From Devriesea agamarum (GTDB lineage Bacteria > Actinomycetota > Actinomycetes > Actinomycetales > Dermabacteraceae), in contig NZ_LN849456.1 of the NCBI RefSeq assembly GCF_900070355.1, positions 2,652,238-2,676,237 on the forward strand: 24,000 bases of DNA, written 5' to 3'. The position numbers and the translations under genes were made by a program. This document shows, piece after piece, positions 16,542-24,000 of the stretch; the stretch's first letter is position 1; each line of letters begins with the position of its first letter. A model generated the notes under the pieces. That model saw nothing but the letters and a program-made list of their open reading frames with translations. It had not been told where the DNA came from and did not search any database.

Positions 16542-19500
16542 ATGTCGTCTTCGCTTGCGTTTCCAGATCAGCCCGAGGCGCATGGACCGTTGGCGGAGGG
16601 TGTCGCTGAGCCCCGGATCCGGCTCGCCCCGCCCTATCTGGCCGACGTGCCGGTTCCATTCAGCGAGGATGAACTCGCAGCAGATCGTCGGGGTGACTCG
16701 GATGAGGGTTTGGTTGGGGCGCCCCATGCCGCGCGCCGCGCGATCTCCCAACTGAAAGCGGGCAATGACGTCCTGATCTACGGGCCCCCGGTGAGCGGAC
16801 GCACCCGCCTTGTCCTCACCGTGGCCGAGGCTTTAGCCCATACCCATCGGGTTTTGATCCTCGCCCCCAGGCGCCAGGCCGCGACGAGGCTGAGGGATGC
16901 CGCTGCGCTCTCGAACCAATCACAACCGGGCCGCATTCTGGACGTCGCAACCCCGTCAGCAGCAGCATTTTCACTGATCACACAGGATGAGCTTCGGCAA
17001 GGCCGAGGAGCACCAGCCCTGCTCACCGGTGCGGACCAAGATGCGTTAATCGCCGACCTGCTCACCACACTCACCCCGGAATGGCCACTAGACCTCGCTC
17101 CCGGCGCAACCACTCTCCCGGGATTTCGCACGGAAATTCGTGACGTGATGATGCGCTGCGCCGAAGCGGGGCTATCGCCTGACGCCTTGGCAGCGCTGGG
17201 GCAGCAAGGCGGTCGGGAATCCTGGCAAGTTCTGGCCCAGCTGTACCGCGACTATCTAGACGTGCTGGACCTTCAAGGCCGGACTGCGCTCGATGCAGGG
17301 CTGAGACTCGACCCTGCGCGGCTGGTGCGAGTGGCCGCGGAACGTTTGCATCAATCGCGCAATGCTCAGATGGCAGTATCCGAGGATGAATCGACCGGAC
17401 GGCGCTGGGATGTGGTGCTCGTCGATGATGCTCAGGATCTCACCGTCGCGGGGCTCGAGTTAGTGACCCAGTTGGTCAGCGCAGGAGCGCGTTTCCTCGC
17501 CACCTCGTGCCCTGATCTCGCGGTAGAAACCTTCCGTGGCGCCGTGGTTGATGCATCGCGCAGGCTCGGCGATGCGTTGCGGAATCAGGGGCGCACGGTT
17601 CACGAGATTGCCCTGTCCGCGCCGACCGGATCGGAGGTTGTGGAACGGCTGCGCGAACACTTGCCGCTTGCCGGGGCTCCGTCCATCTCGCGACACCGCA
17701 TCGAAATCCCGGCGGATAGCCAGCTTGACTCCGGCCCTACAGATGGGGTTGATTCCGATTCAACAGTCGGGGTTGATTATGCAGTGCTCGAGCCGCCAAA
17801 AGTCGATGTGATGCGCCTTGACGATGCTGACGCGGAAGCGCGAACCATCGCGACGGTCCTGCGTGACCTCCACCACCGCGATGGGGTGGCATACGACGAC
17901 ATGGCTGTCATCACCCGGTCGGTGGCCCAGATGGAGGCACTGGCAGACCGGCTATATCTGCTCGGACTGCCCGTGCGGACACCGGTGATCGCCACACCGT
18001 TACGAGATGATCCGGCGGTCAGGGACCTGCTGCGAATCGTCGATATCGGGCATGCATGCACCGAGACTGCTCACCCTGACCAGGTGCTCACTCCGGCGGA
18101 CGCAGATGAACTGCTCACTGGCCCGTTTGGTGATGCCGACGCATTGCGCATCCGTCGAATTAGACGACTGCTGCTAGATGCTGACGCCCGCGCCCGCCGC
18201 CATCCCCATGGACGAGACAACTCCCTACCTGAGGACAACACGGCGGAGGATACGCCTGAGTCGCTGCCACACACCCCCATCGAATCCGACGGGTCGATTC
18301 CCGCGTCCTCGTTGCTCCTGGTCAGGGCGCTCCTCGGAATATCTCATGTGTTAGATAGCGATGCGCTCACGCGGGCCGAGCACCTGGATCGAGACCGCAC
18401 GCTAACCCCTGCCCTCAGAGTGCGAGACATGATCGCAGCGGTGGCACGTTGCCCGCAGGACGCCGCCCCCGGTGAAGTGCTTTGGGCCGCTTGGGATGCA
18501 GCCCACCTTGCCCGAGGCTGGCAGCGCGCGGCGTTGCACGAGGAAAACGACGGCACAGGAGGAGCCCGAGCCCGCTTGGCAACGCGCAGATTAGACGCTA
18601 TGACCAGGCTCTTCGCCGCAGCGGAACGGTTTTCTGAGCGGAGGCCACACGCTGGTATCGGGGATTTTATCGACCATGTGCGCGCCCAGGCTGTTCCTGA
18701 GGATTCTCTGGCTCCCCGAGCGATTGCCGCCGGGAAAGTTACTCTTGCAACGCCCGCTGCCGTGGCCGGGCTGACCTTCGACACAGTGGTTGTGGCAGGT
18801 CTCCAAGAAGGGGCCTGGCCCAATACCCGGCTGCGCTCAACGGTTCTAGGCGCGGCTGAACTGGGTCTGATACTCGCAGGGTACGACGTGCCCAAGACCC
18901 CCGCGGCGCTGCGCGCGATGCAGCGGAAAGTTGTGATCGACGATGAAGTTCGGCTTGCGGTCAGCGCCATCAGCCGAGGCAGGCGACGCGTGCTGCTGAC
19001 CGCTGTCGATACCCCGGAGGAACCGGCCTCGGCTTTCGTCGATATTGCTGAGGGATGCCGTGATGAACGCTGGCTAGATCGAGATGTTCTCACCCGAGAT
19101 CCAGGACCGGCTCCTGATGCTCGACGTTTGGTGGCAGGCCTGCGTCGGAACCTTGCCTATAGCGATGCCGCCGGTGACGAGCAGGAGCAGGTCGATGCCC
19201 GGCCCGGGGCCCAGACACCGCTGGCCGCGCGACTGCTGCGCACTTTAGCCGCGCACCACGTTCACGGATGCGACCCTGACCTTTGGTATCACCAAAAACC
19301 CAGCAGCACCGCACCCATGCTCAACGAGGATGACGACGTCGTCCTATCCCCATCCGCATTGGAGAAACTAACCTCCTGCCCACAACAGTGGCTCTTTGAG
19401 CGGGTCGGAGGGTCCCGGCCCGCAGCTATCCCGCAGCAACTCGGCACAGCACTGCACCGTCTAGCCGAAGAAAATCCGCGAGCCGCTGCCCCCGATCTGC

Positions 19501-20159
19501 TGGCCACCTTCCAAGCCCGCACCCGGCACTTAAACCTTGGCCGCACCTGGCTCGACCGGCGACTGCGTGAACGCGCTGAGAAAGCGATTGCGTTGCTCGG
19601 GGAGCACCTGGCGGGAGATCGGGAAGCAATTGCGGTCGAAGCCCCGTTCACAACCCGGCTCGGTCACGTCGTGCTGCGCGGCACGATCGACCGCATTGAA
19701 CGCAGTGGTGATGCGTTGACCATCGTCGATTTGAAAACCGGTGCCACCGCTCGGTCAGCCGCCGACGTCGCTACGGATCTACAGCTCGGCGCCTACCAGG
19801 TGGCAGTGCGCGACGGCGCGGTTGAAGCAGTCCGTGAGGCAACCATCCACAACAGCGTCGCCGAAACCGAACCCGCTGCTACCACCTGCGCCGACACCGC
19901 TTGTGATGATGCCCCCAGGGCACAACATGCGCTCGCCGGTGCCGAACTGGTGTATGTCGGCACCCCCACCCGGCGTCCGTCCTATCGCCGTCAGGTTGCC
20001 CTGCATAAGGCCGAAGACCCGACCTGGATCGACGAAGCGATAGCACGCGCAGGTCAGGCAGCACGGGGAGCTGAGGTCGTAGCAGCCGCCAATATTCGTT
20101 GCGATACCTGCCCGGTTCGTCGATCGTGCAGTGTGTGGCCAGAAGGAGCACAGCTATGA
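16542..20159 (+). CDS. adnA: AdnA-like subunit of the AdnAB helicase-nuclease (UvrD-like motor with degenerate motifs plus a RecB-type nuclease with an Fe-S cysteine set)
   Basis: 1205 aa. Walker-A-like GPPVSGRT, motif II VDDAQD, motif III-like CPDLAVETFRGA. C-terminal nuclease motifs GTIDRIE...IVDLKTG...QLGAYQ. Cys946 plus C1187-x2-C-x5-C1196. ATGA-coupled to adnB. Confidence 0.8.
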   Translation: MSSSLAFPDQPEAHGPLAEGVAEPRIRLAPPYLADVPVPFSEDELAADRRGDSDEGLVGAPHAARRAISQLKAGNDVLIYGPPVSGRTRLVLTVAEALAHTHRVLILAPRRQAATRLRDAAALSNQSQPGRILDVATPSAAAFSLITQDELRQGRGAPALLTGADQDALIADLLTTLTPEWPLDLAPGATTLPGFRTEIRDVMMRCAEAGLSPDALAALGQQGGRESWQVLAQLYRDYLDVLDLQGRTALDAGLRLDPARLVRVAAERLHQSRNAQMAVSEDESTGRRWDVVLVDDAQDLTVAGLELVTQLVSAGARFLATSCPDLAVETFRGAVVDASRRLGDALRNQGRTVHEIALSAPTGSEVVERLREHLPLAGAPSISRHRIEIPADSQLDSGPTDGVDSDSTVGVDYAVLEPPKVDVMRLDDADAEARTIATVLRDLHHRDGVAYDDMAVITRSVAQMEALADRLYLLGLPVRTPVIATPLRDDPAVRDLLRIVDIGHACTETAHPDQVLTPADADELLTGPFGDADALRIRRIRRLLLDADARARRHPHGRDNSLPEDNTAEDTPESLPHTPIESDGSIPASSLLLVRALLGISHVLDSDALTRAEHLDRDRTLTPALRVRDMIAAVARCPQDAAPGEVLWAAWDAAHLARGWQRAALHEENDGTGGARARLATRRLDAMTRLFAAAERFSERRPHAGIGDFIDHVRAQAVPEDSLAPRAIAAGKVTLATPAAVAGLTFDTVVVAGLQEGAWPNTRLRSTVLGAAELGLILAGYDVPKTPAALRAMQRKVVIDDEVRLAVSAISRGRRRVLLTAVDTPEEPASAFVDIAEGCRDERWLDRDVLTRDPGPAPDARRLVAGLRRNLAYSDAAGDEQEQVDARPGAQTPLAARLLRTLAAHHVHGCDPDLWYHQKPSSTAPMLNEDDDVVLSPSALEKLTSCPQQWLFERVGGSRPAAIPQQLGTALHRLAEENPRAAAPDLLATFQARTRHLNLGRTWLDRRLRERAEKAIALLGEHLAGDREAIAVEAPFTTRLGHVVLRGTIDRIERSGDALTIVDLKTGATARSAADVATDLQLGAYQVAVRDGAVEAVREATIHNSVAETEPAATTCADTACDDAPRAQHALAGAELVYVGTPTRRPSYRRQVALHKAEDPTWIDEAIARAGQAARGAEVVAAANIRCDTCPVRRSCSVWPEGAQL

Positions 20160-23100
20160 ACACTGCTGGCCTGAAAGCTGTCGACGTCGCCCGGCTCATG
20201 GGACTGCCCGAGCCGACTGACGAACAACGTGCTGTGATCGAAGCCCCGCTAGCACCGCAGCTCGTGGTCGCCGGGGCGGGAAGTGGAAAAACCGAAACCA
20301 TGGCCTCACGGGTGGTCTACCTGGTGGCGACAGGTCAGGTGGAACCCCGGCAGGTCCTCGGCCTGACCTTCACGCGCAAAGCTGCCCACGAGTTGGCTGA
20401 ACGCATCACGCTTCGACTCGCGGGACTCGCTGAAGCCATGCGCCGAGAAGGGCTGGAGATTCCACCGGGTTTAGCGGGCGCAGGTGATGTCCTTGGCACC
20501 CAGAAAGTGCGGGTTGCGACCTACAACGGGTACGCCCTCGACCTGGTGCGCGAACACGCGTTGCGTCTAGGCCTGGATCCGGACCTGAAAGTGCTGTCTC
20601 CCTCGGCCTCATGGCAGTTGGCCTACGACATCGTGACCTCGTGGGCAGGGGAGCTAGACCTAGATGCTTCGCCTGCCACAGTCACCTCGGCCTTGCTTTC
20701 GCTGGCTGGATCCACCGCCGAACATTTGGTGCCGCTTCACGATGTCGTGGAAGAGTTTGATCGGATCGAGCAGCATGTCACCACGATTCCACTCCAGCAT
20801 GAGGGCAGGCGACGCACGATGCCCGCCCCGGTGGCATCAGCACTCAAAGCTGTGCGTTCGCGCCGAGCAGTGATCCCGCTGGTGGAGGAATATCAACGGC
20901 GGAAAAACACCCTGGGCGCTATCGACTACGCCGACCAGGTGCGGCTTGCCGCTCAACTTGCCACCAACGCCGACGCGGTACGCACCACCGAACGAGACCT
21001 GCACCGGCTGGTGTTGCTCGATGAGTTCCAAGACACCTCGTACGCGCAGCTAGTCTTCCTCACGGGCCTGTACGGGCAGGGCCACGCCACCTGCGCCGTT
21101 GGTGACCCGCAGCAGGCTATTTACGCCTGGCGCGGTGCCTCGTCAGCATCGCTGGCCGACTATATTCCGCGGGCTGCGGGCCAGGATTGTCCGACGATCC
21201 AATCCAATCTGTCGACGTCGTGGCGAAACGACCGGGCGGTTTTGGCGGTCGCTGACCGTCTTGCCGCGCCTTTGCGGGTACGCGACCAGGCGCTGCGCAT
21301 CCCGGTCTTGCAGCCCAGACCCGGGGCTGACGTCGGTGAGGTGAAGCTGCTTCGTTCCGCCGACACCCGCGAGGAGGCCCGTCAGATCGCGGCTTGGGTG
21401 GTGGAACAACGCGCTCATAACCAGGGGTCGAGCGCCGCGGTGCTGGTGCGTGCTCGGCGTCAGATACCGGCGATTGCTGAGGCTCTGCGCGAGGCCGGGC
21501 TGCCGGTGGAGGTGCATGGGTTGGGTGGTCTGCTGCATCGTCCCGAGGTCGCTGATGTCAGGGCTCTGCTGGACTGTGTTCACGACCCGTCCCGCGGGGA
21601 TGCGGTGATGAGACTTCTGACCGGGTCAGCTGTTCGCCTGGGAGCACGTGACCTCTCGGTTCTTGGGCGATGGCGTTCACAGTTGGCCGCGCAGCGACGC
21701 TCCCGCGCCGAGTCGGCCCAGACGAGCCGGGATCCGCAGGCTCCGCTGCTGGTTGCTGATGACCACGCGGAGGAGGTCACCCTGCTGGATGCACTGGATG
21801 ACCTGCCCTCAGATAGCTGGCGAGATGGCGACGGGCGGGAACTGAGCGAGGCGGCCCGTCATCGCTTGCGGTATCTGGCGACGAGGCTGCGTTATCTACG
21901 TCGCCGCCTGGCGCTGCCCCTGCCCGATCTGGTGCAGTCGGCGATTGAAGCGTTAAACCTCGATATTGAGCTGCTCGCCGATCCTGAGCGGCACCCTGGG
22001 GAGGCATTGCGTGATCTTGCCGCATTTCGCCGTCACGCCGCAGATTTTGAACGCTCAGCGGTGCGCCCGGGCCTTGGCGCCTTCCTCGCCCTGCTGGACA
22101 TAGCTGAGGACACCGAGGCAGGTCTGGCGTTGGAGGCTCGGGAATCAGAGGTTGACCCTCACGCGGTCACGGTCATCACGATGCACGCCGCCAAAGGTCT
22201 TGAATGGGATGTGGTAGCGGTCGCTGGCATGGTGGAGGGGACCTTGCCGTCGTACGACTTGCGCCGTGCTAAAGCGGGTGAGGATGGCCGGGTGCGTGTG
22301 CGGGCATCCGGCTGGCTCGGCCCGCTGCGGGACGCCGATATCCCGCCGTCGCTGCGCGGGGATGCCCATGCTCTTCCCGACGTGTCTTGGATGGACGCCG
22401 CAACCCAGGTCGAGGTGGAGGACATCCTCACTGACTATCAGGAGCGGCGGGGCGAGGAGGACATCGCCGAGGATCGGCGCTTGGCATACGTGGCGTTAAC
22501 TCGGGCACGTCATGCGTTGCTGCTCTCGGCACCGGCATGGCAAGAAGGTGCGGTAAACCCCCGTGAACCGTCGAGGTTTTGGCGCGAAGCAGCGGACACG
22601 ATGGGTGCCGATCATGTGACTGAAGAAGATGTCCCTGCGGAGAATCCACTGGCCAGGGCCTCGCGCCGTGGTACGTGGCCGCCGCCTGTGGGTGAACGGG
22701 AAGCGCGCCGGGAACGGATCGCTGATGTGGTGGCAGCCTCACCGCCGTGGGAGTTTGCGCGAACCGACGGCCAGGATGATGCTCAGGATGGCGATGCCGA
22801 GGATGATGTCCACGCTGGCGATATTCACGATGGTGATGACATTAAGGCCGGTCAGGCCAACTCCGTGGACCTGGAGGAGGCTGAACTGATCGAAGCGGTG
22901 CGACGTGTACTCGCCGATCGCGCAGCCTCCGCGGGCCCGTTGCTGGTGCCGACGCCGCGCCGGATCACGGCCTCTGAGGTGGTTGCCCGCGCCACCAACC
23001 CGGAACGGGTCGTGGTGGATCTTTTACGTCCGCTGCCCCGCCGTCCGAGTGCGTCGGCTCGGCGCGGCACCGATTTTCACGCCTGGGTGCAGCGCCGGAT

Positions 23101-23686
23101 CGAGGGTGGAGCGTTGCTGGAACTGGATGAACTGAACGAACTTGAGGTGTTCGCCGATGCTCCGGATGACACGATGCGTGATCGGAAAATGCGCGAGCTG
23201 TACCTGGGGTCGGCGTGGGCTGCTCACACCCCGCTCGAGGTGGAGTTACCGGTTCAGGTGAGACTGGGCGAGGTGACCATCGGCGGGGTTATTGACGCCG
23301 TGTTCGCGCTGGCGGACGTCGCCTCTATCCTCGGCGACGGTGATCGTGACGGCGGTGGACGACGTGACGGCGGTGCCAGTGTTAAGGATGGTGTGAATGA
23401 TGAGGATGGTGCCAGTGATGAGAGTGGTGTGAGTGATGAGGATGGCCCCAAGGGCGTGGTGATCGTTGACTGGAAAACGGGCCGGCCCCCACATGGTCAA
23501 GCGAAAGAAGCGCGCAACCTGCAGCTATCGCTATACCGACTCGCCTACCACGACGCCACTGGCTTGCCTCTGGATAGCATCCGCACGGCGTTCCACTACG
23601 TGAGTGACAACCTCACGGTGGAGGTCACCGCGCATCCTTCTCGCGATGTCCTCAGAGATCTGGTCTCACCAGGCGGGGAGAGCTAA
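20156..23686 (+). CDS. adnB: AdnB-like subunit of the AdnAB helicase-nuclease (canonical UvrD/PcrA-type SF1 motor plus a RecB-type nuclease)
   Basis: I placed the start at ATG 20156 (ATGA overlap with the adnA stop) rather than the tracked 20099. Motifs seen: GAGSGKT, LDEFQDTS, GDPQQAIYAWRGAS, TMHAAKGLEWD, VALTRAR. Nuclease motifs: GVIDAVF...VIVDWKTG...QLSLYRLAY. Confidence 0.85.
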   Translation: MNTAGLKAVDVARLMGLPEPTDEQRAVIEAPLAPQLVVAGAGSGKTETMASRVVYLVATGQVEPRQVLGLTFTRKAAHELAERITLRLAGLAEAMRREGLEIPPGLAGAGDVLGTQKVRVATYNGYALDLVREHALRLGLDPDLKVLSPSASWQLAYDIVTSWAGELDLDASPATVTSALLSLAGSTAEHLVPLHDVVEEFDRIEQHVTTIPLQHEGRRRTMPAPVASALKAVRSRRAVIPLVEEYQRRKNTLGAIDYADQVRLAAQLATNADAVRTTERDLHRLVLLDEFQDTSYAQLVFLTGLYGQGHATCAVGDPQQAIYAWRGASSASLADYIPRAAGQDCPTIQSNLSTSWRNDRAVLAVADRLAAPLRVRDQALRIPVLQPRPGADVGEVKLLRSADTREEARQIAAWVVEQRAHNQGSSAAVLVRARRQIPAIAEALREAGLPVEVHGLGGLLHRPEVADVRALLDCVHDPSRGDAVMRLLTGSAVRLGARDLSVLGRWRSQLAAQRRSRAESAQTSRDPQAPLLVADDHAEEVTLLDALDDLPSDSWRDGDGRELSEAARHRLRYLATRLRYLRRRLALPLPDLVQSAIEALNLDIELLADPERHPGEALRDLAAFRRHAADFERSAVRPGLGAFLALLDIAEDTEAGLALEARESEVDPHAVTVITMHAAKGLEWDVVAVAGMVEGTLPSYDLRRAKAGEDGRVRVRASGWLGPLRDADIPPSLRGDAHALPDVSWMDAATQVEVEDILTDYQERRGEEDIAEDRRLAYVALTRARHALLLSAPAWQEGAVNPREPSRFWREAADTMGADHVTEEDVPAENPLARASRRGTWPPPVGEREARRERIADVVAASPPWEFARTDGQDDAQDGDAEDDVHAGDIHDGDDIKAGQANSVDLEEAELIEAVRRVLADRAASAGPLLVPTPRRITASEVVARATNPERVVVDLLRPLPRRPSASARRGTDFHAWVQRRIEGGALLELDELNELEVFADAPDDTMRDRKMRELYLGSAWAAHTPLEVELPVQVRLGEVTIGGVIDAVFALADVASILGDGDRDGGGRRDGGASVKDGVNDEDGASDESGVSDEDGPKGVVIVDWKTGRPPHGQAKEARNLQLSLYRLAYHDATGLPLDSIRTAFHYVSDNLTVEVTAHPSRDVLRDLVSPGGES
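23306..23455 (+). repeat. Asp/Gly/Glu-rich low-complexity insertion inside the AdnB nuclease motif, built from internal direct repeats
   Basis: gtgacggcggtg occurs at 23346-23357 and 23364-23375. A 20-nt unit, ggtgtgaRtgatgaggatgg, occurs at 23390-23409 and 23426-23445 (1 mismatch). Confidence 0.7.
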
Positions 23687-24000
23687 CTCCGGGTGTTGTC
23701 TGGCCGAGCATCCTCCGGTGTGGCCTCGTGCCGTGTGGTGGCGCGATCATGCTCGGCCCCTTGAGAGTCATGTGCGATGCCATCGTGTTCCCGCTCGGGG
23801 TCGCCAAGTTCCCGCTCGGCGGCACGGTGGTCTTGATCGGTAACACGGTGGTCCTGATCTGAGGTGAGATGATCGTATCCGTCCGTGTGATAGTCCTCCT
23901 CAGCCGCGAGGTCATCGAACGCCTGTTCCGCTTCGAGCCGGGCGATTTCGGCGAGATCGGATTCGAGGTCGGCGAGCATTCCGTCGGCATCGCGAATCAC
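23683..24000 (-). CDS. C-terminal part of an acidic, His/Asp-rich hypothetical protein (the ORF runs off the window edge)
   Basis: Open frame from the window edge to TAG. Its stop (cta on +) overlaps the adnB TAA within CTAA at 23683-23686. Composition is low-complexity (DQDHRVTDQDHR) and no motif was recognised. Confidence 0.4.
   Translation of the reverse strand: MIRDADGMLADLESDLAEIARLEAEQAFDDLAAEEDYHTDGYDHLTSDQDHRVTDQDHRAAERELGDPEREHDGIAHDSQGAEHDRATTRHEATPEDARPDNTRS

Noticed and set aside
16392-16751. N-terminal 120 aa of the tracked 326-aa TetR ORF
   Set aside because: The sequence is Arg/Cys/Trp-rich with no domain and runs antisense into adnA. The TetR HTH begins soon after residue 130, and a GAGGGAG RBS precedes GTG 16391.
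20099-20155. Tracked ATG start at 20099 for adnB
   Set aside because: It overlaps the Fe-S cysteine region of adnA. ATG 20156 forms an ATGA overlap with the adnA stop and gives an N-terminus (MNTAGLKAVDVARLMGLPEPTDEQ) at a normal distance from the Walker A motif.
1-24000. Scan for CRISPR arrays, IS elements or transposase ORFs, tRNA/rRNA genes, and toxin-antitoxin or defence-type gene pairs
   Set aside because: No regularly spaced repeats, terminal inverted repeats, transposase/integrase-like ORFs or cloverleaf-compatible segments were noticed. The only helicase-nuclease genes present (adnAB) are housekeeping DSB-repair genes in a conserved context.

Overview
High-GC, actinobacterial-type chromosomal window with two blocks. 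Block 1 (nt 29-13229, + strand) is a ~13 kb operon whose genes mostly have overlapping or near-abutting stop/start codons. It encodes a Tat-less, presumably cytosolic, group 2a-like uptake [NiFe]-hydrogenase (cyanobacterial HupSL / mycobacterial Huc type) and its maturation machinery. Gene order: DUF1641-like ORF, small subunit, large subunit, C-terminal endopeptidase, a 776-aa orphan multidomain protein, HypF, a 410-aa HypC / degenerate-SIS / HypC-like fusion, HypE, HypC, HypD, and a conserved unknown with a HypC-like C-terminus. No hypA/hypB, cytochrome b or other membrane anchor is visible in the window. Block 2 (nt 13402-23686) is a housekeeping block that I recall as syntenic with the mycobacterial rhlE / TB9.4 / TetR / adnAB region. 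It holds a DEAD-box RNA helicase (-), a DUF3107 protein (-), a TetR regulator (-), and divergently the AdnA-AdnB helicase-nuclease pair (+). A partial acidic ORF (-) follows at the right edge. I saw no tRNA/rRNA, CRISPR array, IS element or integrase. Nothing looks like a wholly new system. The most interesting material is the set of uncharacterised accessory proteins inside the hydrogenase operon and the degenerate motor motifs and insertions in AdnA/AdnB. All family assignments come from motif recognition by eye; no searches were run.
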